Assembly (NCBI RefSeq): GCF_030144855.1
Contig: NC_082727.1
Coordinates: forward strand, 36,952,001-37,016,000
Direction of reading: 5' to 3'
Length of the DNA stretch: 64,000 nucleotides
Origin: Hypanus sabinus
Taxonomy: Eukaryota
The position numbers and the translations under genes were made by a program. Of this stretch, positions 1 through 10,600 are shown piece after piece. The stretch's first letter is position 1. Each line of letters opens with the position of its first letter. The notes beneath the pieces are model-generated. The model worked only from the letters and a program-made list of their open reading frames with translations, was not told the DNA's origin and made no database searches.

Positions 1-257
1 ACGACGTCTCATAACCACTTTACGGACAATAGTTTTTCCCAGACTTAAACACACAACCCACCGGATCAATGCTCCGGGCAATTACAAAGCATTCAACTAT
101 TTCGATCCTGGATGCGTCCCCACAATGATTCACCCTGGTTTACTTGGCTGCGTAAGTCTAGGGAAGACATTCTCAAGTCCCACCAAACCCGTGAGATTGA
201 TGTGGTTCATTCCAGCCGAAACCACGGTTTGTGTGGATGCTGTGTAATTTGCAAACC
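1..257 (-). mobile_element. 5' internal region of Gypsy family 2 (truncated by the window edge)
   Basis: Matches 24543-24656 on the same strand and 35476-35710 in reverse complement; abuts the LTR end tgttaca at 258. Confidence 0.65.
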
Positions 258-2380
258 TGTTACAAATTAGTGCCACAAAATAACAGAAAGTACACTGCAT
301 ACAATTAAAGGAATTATACTTATGAATCTTAACTTAATTCAACCGATTGTAGGGATGACTTACAGCGGATTGAAAAGATTAAGCATATAGACATTAAGAA
401 AGAGAATGTGCTGGAGCTTTTGGAATGTATAAAGTTGGATAAGTCCCCGAGACCGGACAAGATGTACCCCAGGGTAAGATGGGACGCGAGGGAGGAGATT
501 GCTGACCCTCTGCAGATTATCTTTGCATTATCAATGGGGACGGGAGAGGTTCTGGACAATTGGAGGTTTGCAGATGTTGTTACATTATTCAAGAAAGGGA
601 GTAGAGATAGCCCAGTAAACTATAGAACAGTGAGACTTAATTCAGTGATCAGTAAGTTGTTGGAAAAGGTCCTGGGAGGTTCAGTTTTTGAACATTTGGA
701 GAGGCATAATGTGATGAGGAATAGTCAGTATGGCTGAGTCAAAGGCAGTTCATGCCTTACATGCCTGACTGAATATTTTGAGGATTAACCTAAACACATT
801 GACGGAGGTAACACAGTAGATACAGTGTATATGGATTTCAGCAAGGCATTTGATGAGGTATTCCATGGAAGGCTTATTGAGTAAGTAAGGAGGCGTGGGA
901 TCTAAAGGGACCTTTCTTTCTGGATCCAGAATTGGCATGCTCACAGAGGGCAAAGTGTGGTCGTAGATGGGTCATATTCTGCATGGATGTCAGTCTCCAT
1001 GTGGAGTGCCTCAGGGATCTGATCTGGGACTCCTCTTAGTCATTTTCATAAATGACCTGGATGAGGAAGTGGAAGTTGTGTTAGTAAATTTAAGATGACA
1101 CAAAGGTTGGAGGTGTTGTGGATATTGTGGAGGAGTGTCAGAAGTTACAGCAGGACATCGATAGGATGCAAAACTGGGCTGAAAAGTGACAGATTGCGTT
1201 CAACCCAGATACGTTTGGTGTGGTTCATTTTGGTAGTTCAAATATGATGGCAGAATATACTATTAAAGGTAAGACTCTTGGCAGTGTGGAGGATCAGAGG
1301 GATCTTGATGTTTGAGTCCATAGGGCACTCAAAGCTACTGCACAGGTTGACTGTGTGGTTAAGAAAGCATATGGTTTATTGGCCTTCATCAACCGTGGGA
1401 TTGAGTTTAGGAGCCGAGAGGTGATTTTACAGCTTTACAGGACACTGGTCAGACCCAGTTGGAGTACTGTGCTCAGTTCTGGTCACTTCACTGAAAGGAA
1501 GGACGTGGAAACTATAGAAAAGATGCTGCGGAGATTTGGCTGGACTGGGAAGAAAGCCTTATTAGAATATTTTGAGTGAACTCTGCCTTTTCTTCTTGGA
1601 GAGGTGTAGGTTGAGTGGTGACCTAATAGAGGGGTATAAGATGAAGTCAGGCATTGATCATGTGAATAGTCAGAGGGTTTTTCCTAGAACAGAAATGGCT
1701 AACGTGAGAGGGCACAGTTTTTAGGAGTTGAGAGTAGGTACAGAGGAGATGTCAAGGGTAAATTTTTTACACAGAGTGGTAAGTGTGTACACCAGGCTGC
1801 TGGCAATGGTGATGGAGGCAGATACAACAGGGTCTTTTAAGAGGCTCCTGGATAGGTACATTGAGCTCAGCAAAATAAGGGGCTATGGGTAACCCTAGGT
1901 AGTTTTCAGCTCAGGACATGTTCAGCACAGCATTGTGGGCTGAAGGGCCTGTATTGTGCTTTAAGTTTTCTATGTCTCTATGTTTAAGGGTTAGTAAGAA
2001 TAACAGAAAGAACAGGGCCCATTCTAATTAAACAGGCAAATGTGCACAAGGTGCAGCTCATCCTGAACTTCTCTGTCACTCACACGCTGGGCCTTCAGTC
2101 AGCGTGAAATCACATAGCACCTTCCGAGCATCACTCACAATCCATCTCGAACGAAAGGGTCTACCACTGGATCGTATGCTATGACTGGTTCTCCCCAGTG
2201 TCTTCTCTCTCCATCTCCCACCGAACAGCAGCCCAAGACCTACCTGATTGTCCTTCACCAATAAAACCTCCCACTAATTGGATGGCACACATTCCACACA
2301 ACATCACTTATCTTCATCAATAACCCAAACAGACTGAAAGCAGAACAAACTGCTCTTACAGAACTGATAAATGAAATACC
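258..2380 (-). mobile_element. Gypsy family 2 LTR, split by a CR1 insertion (LTR pieces ~258-337 and ~1986-2380)
   Basis: Joined together, the two pieces align with the contiguous copy at 21126-21592; the right piece also aligns with 26547-26945. Confidence 0.65.
340..1985 (+). mobile_element. CR1 LINE, degraded 3' part of ORF2 (reverse transcriptase) plus tail
   Basis: Peptides KSPRPDKMYPR, LFKKGSRDSPVNYR, VYMDFSKAFD, GVPQGS; ends in a (tctatgtt)-type CR1 tail; many stops and frameshifts. Confidence 0.9.
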
Positions 2381-2443
2381 GACTGTAAAGATGTCAAGCA
2401 GGGCACTACAAAGGTGACCAGAATTGCAGATTGCTGATAATTA

Positions 2444-2648
2444 GAAAAAGGGAAAATTATAATTATTTGAAAACAAATGCTCAGAACAACCAATTACACT
2501 GGCATTTTGCTGACACATGGATTATTTCTATGGCTAAGCAATGTTGCAGCAGAAAATGCTTCCAAATGATTTTTCATTGCCTCAGTGTTATCAATAGACT
2601 TTGAATTTGAGTTTCTGGTGATAATCAGGAAGTAATGGATAGTATAAA
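2444..2648 (+). promoter_or_regulatory. IFIT-A promoter: IRF-like site GAAAAAGGGAAAA (2444-2456), ETS core CAGGAAGT (2626-2633), TATAAA (2643-2648)
   Basis: Motifs read directly; TATA is ~100 nt before ATGAG|GTAAAG; same arrangement at 27004-27208. Confidence 0.6.
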
Positions 2649-2750
2649 GGGTTGTCAGGTCGAACATCAGACGCAACAACGGAGACTCAGCAGAAGAAGA
2701 ACCGCACAAACTGAGAAAGAGCACAAATTGCTTTCCATCCAACGAACATC

Positions 2751-5700
2751 ATGAGGTAAAGGATGTTTCCTTGCAGTTTATCTTTATGTACAGATTATTA
2801 TAGAGGAGGTGGTTTACAAAAATTAGTGGATCAAAGTGCAATAACTTTGAAAAACTGAGAGAGGACACATTGGCTAACATGATGGTTGAATGACGAGACT
2901 CGGGTGATCCCTACGTTACTCTGCTGGGGTGGAAACAGTGCAGGGAACTGCAGTGCTTTACTGTTATTTTTGTGATTACCATGAATTAAAAACGCAGTAA
3001 ACACAAGAGTTGCAGCTGATTCCTGACTTCTGAAGAGCCTTCTGTTATGTCTGATCTCCAGATCCAACAGCAAGTTCAAGTGATCATAAATAATCCTCAC
3101 TCACGGCAGGAGAGGCAAGAGGAGTAGGAGAGTAGGAGTCTGATCAAGTCGGTTTACCTGCACTTGTCTTCCTCAAACAGGGGTCTTCGGTGGAATACGA
3201 CTGAGAACAATGACATCATTTGAAAAGATTAGCAGTCAGCGTAATCACTTTACCGCGGATTGATTTCCACGGTAATTTGTAAGGAATGTGGACATTCTCT
3301 CTGTGACGGTGTGCATTTCCTCTGGGAACTCGACTGTCATCCTATATTACAAAGATGTACTGGTTAGGTTTAGTGAGTATTTGGTGTCAGAAACGTGCTG
3401 ACACACTTTCCGACTGTCCGGCACAATTCTTTTTGATCTGATATGATGCCAAACGATGCATTTCATTATATGTTTTGATGTACATGTGACAAAGAAAGTT
3501 CATCTTTAACCTTCAAAGTTTTTAGAAACAGGAGTTGACTCAACTTTGCCATACACTACAGCCATGTAGATTTGAGCACGTTGGAGCCTACGGGCTGCAT
3601 TCAGTACTGAGGTAAGACACCAGAGGAACATGCTACTCTAAACTGTCATAATTTCCAGCCCCTAGCGGCTTTCAGGACAGAATGGAGGAGCTGCATCCAC
3701 GGTGCGGCAAATTCATCTCCTTTGGGAGGAAGCAGGAAGCAGAGTTGATCTCAGACTAGGGTTAAAGGTCGGCACAACATGTTCTATGTTCTGTGCTGGT
3801 CTATTTTCTTCAGAAATGTGCAGCATAATCGGGGACGTTGTTCATGCAATTGTTCTGTGAACTGGTCTGGTAACTCGTAATTTGCCAGACTTCAGTGGGC
3901 TTCACTAAACAGCTTTATCTCACTAATGTTATTGAAGTTCTCAATCTTCTGGACATTGAGTCTGAGGACTGGTGGCTGTCTGGGGAAAAGCACCAATTCT
4001 CTGTACTGAGATCTGGAGTTATGCTCAGGCTGCTGGCAAAAAAACAAAGTCTGCAATAGTGGGAGAGCTCAACGTCTGGTAATAAAACCAAGTCCACCAT
4101 CAGTGTAACAAAGCAACAGATCAGCTGCCTTGGCAGTTCAGGAGACACATTTCCATCTTCATCACATGAATCAATTCTTCATATTGGGTTACTGACCTGA
4201 AACATTCTCCTTCCTCAGATGCAGACTGAAGGCTGAGCATTTCCAGGTTTTCAATGCCATAATTATAAAATAAATTCTTAAAAGGCAGCTTTGATACAAT
4301 TAGTAAATCTGCGTTTTATGGGATTGCAGGTCAGACCTGCATCAAGTGATCTCAGATGGAATTCATGATTATGTTTTTTCTTTCTTGCAGCAACACATCG
4401 AGAGATTTATTGAAAGAGAAGCTCGATCAGCTGCAGTGTCACTTCACATGGAGGCCACAGAAAGAAACTATTGACTTGGACAATCTGATGCTCAGATTGC
4501 AAGATTCTCTGACATTGGGTGTAAAATATCAAGCCGCCTCGTATAACCATCTGGCTTTTGTAAACTGTAGGCAGGGTAATTTTGAAGAAGCCATTGAAAA
4601 TTTAAAGGAAGCTGAAAAGATTCTGAGGGAGAAATACAAAGATGAATTTGAAAGAAGAAGCATCATCACCTATGGAAACTTTGCCTGGGTGCATTACCAC
4701 ATGGGACAACTGACCGAGGCCCAGTCCTATCTCGACAAGCTGGAGATGATCTGTAAACCGCTCAGTGGTGGCCCTCGCTATACAGCAATGATACCCGAGG
4801 TGTACGGGGAGAAGGGACTGTCATTGTTGGGTTCTGCTGCTGAATACTATGAGGAGGCAAAGGAATGCTTTGCAAAGGCTCTGGAGCAAGATCCTGACAA
4901 CACTGAGTGGATAATGGGATATGCGACTGCACTGCTTCGGCTGGAAATATTTTCTGGAAACCCAGAGAGTCGTGATCAGAGTCAGTCAGTGAAGTATTTC
5001 CGACGAGTACTGGAGCTTGATCCAGATGATACTTTGGCCATGGTGCTGTTGGCTCTAAAACTGCAGAGGTTAGGGCAAAATGTGGAAGCAAATGAATTAG
5101 TTGAACAAGCATTGAAGAAAAGGTCTGATCTTCCATATGTGCTTTGCTATGCTGCAATATATTATAGACGAAGAGGTTCTGTGGAGAAAGCAATCGAGCT
5201 AATGAAAAAGGCATTAGAATTAACTCCATACTGTTCCTTCTTACACCACCAACTTGGATTGTGCTACAGAAGTAAGCTGGAATACTGTTGCAGCAGATAT
5301 TGTCGCAATCCTGAATTTCAGCAGAAAGCTGAGTTGATCAATCTGTGCAAGTATCATTTTGAAAAGTCTTTTGAGCACCATCGAAGGTCAGCTATTCAAC
5401 CACAGCTGGACTTTGCACAGATCTGCATAACAAATGGGGAATATTCCAGAGCAGAAGAGACTTACTGTAGATTGGTGGAGTTAGTGGACATTCGTCCAGA
5501 GAATATGCAGCGTATATGTCTGGAAGCTGGATTATTTGAACTGCACCAGAAGAAATTTGAAACAAATGCTGTTCGTCTCTTACTAAAAGGAGCGAAAATT
5601 GAATATAACTCAAGAGAACGAGAAAAATGTCGCAAGAATTTGGAGAAGTGGGCAGATAGGAAACTTAGAATAAATGCACATGACAGCAAGGCTCTTGGTA

Positions 5701-5825
5701 TTAAAGCAATTCTGTATCAGCTGAATGGAATCAAGGATAAAGCGACTGAATACTTTGAGAAAGCCTTGAAGTTTGATCCTGGCAATGAGGAATATGTGAG
5801 TGCTCTTTCTCAATTGCACATCTGA
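2751..5825 (+). CDS. IFIT: IFIT family protein (IFIT5-like), IFIT-A; coding exons 2751-2755 (ATGAG) and 4391-5825, 479 aa
   Basis: IFIT signatures LxQLQCHFTW, TYGNFAWVHYHMG, EKGxSLL, FLHHQLGLCY and TPR repeats. Acceptor tttcttgcag|C at 4390/4391 is in phase with donor ATGAG|GTAAAG at 2755/2756. The ORF-track start MEFMIMFFLSC is intronic. Confidence 0.93.
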
Positions 5826-6519
5826 GCAACACTGAGATGTTTAAAAGATGCATTTCCATCTGATCTGAGGATCGGTTTGATGGGGTGTTGCTTTACTAAT
5901 TATATCTTCCTAGCACCTTCTCTTACTCATTAGTGTTCAATTTGCAAAATCGGCCCCTTTGTAACTGGATCAAACTATTCTGTTTCTTTTAAATATATGA
6001 ATTCCCCAAGTACCCTGAACAAACTGAATTTAACTGTGCCTCTTTGGACACTGGAAAAATGGGAATTGGGATACTGCAGCAAGTGGAGTTAACCGAGAAA
6101 TCAAAAATTTTTCAAATTTTCAAATGGTTGTTTCAAATTTTAACCTTCGAATGTATTTTAGTTTTTCAAATATATGGAGTTTGATTTTATCTTAAAGATC
6201 TTTGTAAAATATTCTGTAAGGATTTGTTTGGTAATTAAAGCTTCAAAGCAGAAGTTGGTCTTGTCTTGACAAAATCAAACAAAAATGTGCAACAAATCCT
6301 TCACAGTATGATTCCAACCTGCTGAGTGTGGTGTTGGAGTGGCTTGGAAGGGGAATGACGGGGAAGTGAAAGTGGAGGGACTTTGGGGATCACTAATGAA
6401 ATTTCAAAAAGATAATGTTTTTAACAACAAAATATGATCAGAGATCTCATTCATAATAATTACCAACCTAGACAATGTATCAGCAAAATTCCAAACAACC
6501 TTGTGTGTGCATGTCAAAA

Positions 6520-6650
6520 GCAAACATGAGGAAATCTGCAGATGCTGGAAATTCAAACAACACGCACAAAATGCTGGTGGAACACAGCAGGCCAGGCAGC
6601 ATCTATAAGGACAAGCACTGTCAACTTTTCGGGCGAAGACTTTTTGTGAT
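6520..6650 (+). repeat. Short interspersed repeat (Penelope-associated terminal motif aaacaYgaggaaatctgcagatgctgga...)
   Basis: Similar copies at 31365-31490, 36400-36495 (reverse), 37740-37830 and 42840-42960 (reverse), often next to GIY-YIG fragments. Confidence 0.55.
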
Positions 6651-7674
6651 GGCTGCAGGAAAGGAAGAAGTCAATGAGGGATTGTCTACTGAGTCTCTGT
6701 TGGTGGCAGTTAGAATCAGGAAGGGGTCAATTGTTCTTCTGTGTGTTTTTTATAGACCACCCAAGAGTTATTGGGACATCGAGGAGCAGATATAGAGACA
6801 GGTTCTGGAATGGTGCAGTAATAGTGGGGTTGTTATGATGGGAGAGTTTAATTCCCCAATATTGATTGGCATCTCCCTGGAGTAAGGAGGTTAGCTCTGT
6901 GTTTGTTAGGTGTGTTCAGGAAGGTTCCTTGACACAATATGTAGATAAGCCTACAAGAGGAAGGCTGTACTTGATCTGGTATTGGGAACTGAATCTGGTC
7001 AGGTGTCAGGTCTCCCGGTGGGAGAGCATTTTGGAGATAGTGATCACAATTCTATCTTCTTTACCATAGTATTGGAGAGGGATAGGAGCGGAAAAGTTAG
7101 GAAAGCGCTTAATTGGAGTAAGGGAAAATATGAAGCTGTCAATCAGGAACTTGGAAGCATTAAATTGGAAACAGATGATCTCAGAGAAATGTACAGGGGA
7201 TATTTGTGTGGAGTTCTGCAGTGGTACATCCCACTGAGACAGGGAACGGATGGTAGGGTGCAGGAAGCATGGTGTACAAAGGCTGTTGAAAATCTCATCA
7301 AGAAGAAAAGAAAAGCAAGATTAAGGAAAACCCCAAGGCATTCTACAAGTATGTGAAGAGCAAGAGGATAAGATGGGAGAGAATAAGACGAATCAAGTCT
7401 GACAGTGGAAAAGTGTCTGGAACAGGAGGAGGAAGCTAAGTTAATTAATGAATACTTTGCTTGAGTATTCACTATGGAAAAGGACCTTGGCGATTGTAGG
7501 GATGACTTACAGTGGACTAAAAACATGAGCATATAATCATTAAGAAAGTGTATGTGCTGGAGCTATTGGAAAGCATCAAGTTGGGTAAGTCACCGGGACC
7601 AGATGAGATATACCTCAGGCCACTGTGGGAGGCGAGGGAGGTATTTGTTGAGCCTGTGGCAATGATGTTTGCAT

Positions 7675-10600
7675 TGTTATGAAACCCCATAACTGGGTCA
7701 CTTCCCAGCATAGGTAGAGAGGTTCGTTGAAGTCTGGTGGTACTATTTTTAACAGTATTTATTGATAAAGGGGCACAAAAGTAAGATTAATGCAAACATA
7801 CAGACAATATACGTCGTCAATACTTAATCTAAAAGTGCGGGTATAATAATAATCAATAAGAAATAGCTCTGTCATTGTCTAGGGGATAATGTATTGTCCG
7901 ATGGAAATATAAAAGTCACTGTTAGTTCGTTCAAGCTGCAGCGTTTTTGGGTTTTAGAGAGAGACGGGTTAAACTTGCCCAGTTCTTTTATGATGCCAAT
8001 CCTTCGAGTCGTGGGGAGTTGGTTTCCCCGTTGTTAGCTAAAAGCAGTTTTCCCATGGTAAAAGCCACCAGTTCTGGGCAAATGGAACCGAATGCACATG
8101 GCCTCCTCCCAATGCCTTTCGCTATTACGGGATCGCTAGCGTTTCTTCTGGTGCGTCTGAGGGGCTGTTCCCACAGACCCTCTTTTATCCTGACTCACAG
8201 GGTCGCAGATGTCAATCAGGTTGCGGGTGATGCAATCCCTCCCTCAACCAGCCCACTTTGCCTGAGGGCTTCCAAGTAGCACAGTATTTCAATCCACAAG
8301 TTCGTCTTCAAGAGACAATGGCCATGTCCCATAGCTTTATATCGCCGGGGGAACGAGACATCCCGCACGTCTCTCTCTCATTTCCTGGGTCTCATGACCC
8401 AACCCAATAGTGATCTTGCGATTCTCACAAAGGAGGGGGCTGCAGGCGTAACACCCCCTTTCTTCAACGCGTTTTCACCAGCAGTTAAAATGAAGTAGTA
8501 CAGAGTCCGACAGGATTATAGAATCTAACACAATACAAAAGCTTTTTCTTTTCACTACAGAGTAATACAGTCATACATTCAATTCAGCATCCAAACAGTT
8601 AACGATTACAGTGTCACTTCCTTTAATATCTTAACATCCTGTACCTTACTAAAGTCTTGTAGCATCAGACTTCAATTTAATAACCACCTATTTTTATTTC
8701 TTTCCTTCAGCAAACAAAACTAAGGAGTTGTGATCTTAGCTTACATGTATCTACAAAAGTTCATGCAAATACTAATCTTTCTGTTGTTTTCAAACTTAAC
8801 AGGCAGGCTTCCATGGGGTTGTCTTTATTATTCACATGCTTTGTCGAAATCCCGTACAACCGGCTTTTGCTATTTAAAACTGGCGTCCCCATTAACCGTC
8901 GCCTCTTTTCTGGTTAGTTTCCACGGGGGGAGCTTGGGTACCTTGGCGAGATAAACTCTTACCCGCCTCTTTCATAGGGGTTATTTTATCAACACCGTGT
9001 CCCAAACTTAGATCATCTTCTGAATTTCCACCCAATTCTTTAATTTTACACAGGTTGCTAGCCCTCTCTTCAGGACCCTTCAGGCTATTCGTTTTCAGTT
9101 CGAACTCGTTGTTCAAGCAGCATTTCAAATTCTGCCTTTTCACACCACGCTCTGGAATAACAATAGCACGGGGGCACCATCATCTCCCGCCTTAATCTGT
9201 AAGCAATCCGTAGGTTTTTAAATTTCTTCATTCGATTTGGGAACTACATATTTCCCGTTTCCTTCAATAATAATATTTATCTCCCCATTTTTGAGCTCCA
9301 CATTAACTTTTAACACACCTTCGAGCACAAACACCTGGGAACTCTCAGTTCCCACTATTACCAAGGTTAACCCTTTCTTCACTGAACCAAGTCTATCTGA
9401 CCCACAAGGACGGCCATTTTGTTCAACTGAATCAAATACCCCATACTTTTTCTGAGCTCCGTTACTAGGTTCAGTACCACGTGCATCCCCATCTTGGACA
9501 CACTCAAGCAGGACATTGGCCTCTTTCAGACTTCCAATACTCGTACCCGGTCCAAATTCTAAGTTCCCCCATTTCTCCCAGGTACTCTCTGGGCAACTCC
9601 CTTCCGGAGTAAACTCAACCCCGGGGGCTGAAACAACCTCATCTACCAACCCAGCAGACTTCTTCAAGGCAAGGGCACCCTTTTCATCTAGGACTGCCCT
9701 CATTTCATTATCAGGAACACCTCTAGCATTTTCAACTTCTTCAAACAGTTCTGCCAACCCAGACAGATCATCCAGATCCAATCCTGGACCTTTTAACAGC
9801 TCTAGCTGTTTCTCATCTTTATATTCTGCCTCTAAAACTTTTCTCCTTGCTAAGGGCGGGTCTACCTCCTCTCCCTTACCCTCTTTCATTTTACTACTCT
9901 TCGCTTTACCACCCTCTGAACCCTCGTGGTACAGGGTCGGTAAAAACGTCTCGGCCAAATCGAAACTGGCCGGATTTAAACTGCTCCCTTTCACAGCTGC
10001 CTTTCTCGACATGCTGTGAGTGATCACGCATGCGGGATAGATCTTGGAATCTAGGGGCGGGGCCGCAACACTCACCGGCTGGCTTGTCATCGTCATTGCT
10101 GCCCAAACCTTACTAACTGCTAAATCGTTACCGAAAAGGACGTCCGCGTCAGTTCTCGGAAATTCTGATCGCACCCCTATTTCAACTGGTCCAGACACCA
10201 GCTCACAATCTAGAATGACCTTATGTAAGGGCACCATTTCTGTCCCTTTACTTATTCCTTTCACAGCTACCATTCTCATCTTGTGACCAAACTCTAGTAC
10301 CTTACTGCTGATCAACGACAGCTCAGCCCCCGTGTCTCTCCAGATCCGTATGGGAACTGGTGTGTCTCCCTCCCTCACAGACATGGTTCCATGTGACAGA
10401 CAAGTCTCAGACCCTTCTTGTACTCTGTCTACCCGGGGCTCTCTTGTTGATTTACAGATTACCACGGCATATCTGATAGGGACTACTGCTTTCCCTTTTC
10501 CTGTATCTTTCCTCGGAGCAAAGCACCAAGATGCAATATGCACCCTCTTTCCACAATTAAAACAGGTCAAGCCCGGAAATCTCTGGCCGTCTTGCCTTTC

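Noticed and set aside
2494-3100. ORFs repeated at 27054-27662, and other paired small ORFs
   Set aside because: Explained by the segmental duplication; they overlap the promoter, exon 1 and intron on the opposite strand.
4356-4390. N-terminal extension MEFMIMFFLSC on IFIT-A and IFIT-B (also 28921-28955), resembling a signal peptide
   Set aside because: It is the translated polypyrimidine tract and acceptor; a proper ATGAG|GT exon lies upstream, and C/D lack this ATG.
4762-5229. 155-aa antisense ORF also present at 29327-29794
   Set aside because: Shadow of the IFIT coding strand in recent duplicates; not kept at full length in IFIT-C or IFIT-D, and no recognisable domain.
7947-8279. Related ORFs at 7947-8279 and 12161-12610
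   Set aside because: They are the two LTR copies read antisense from non-ATG starts, with different stops.
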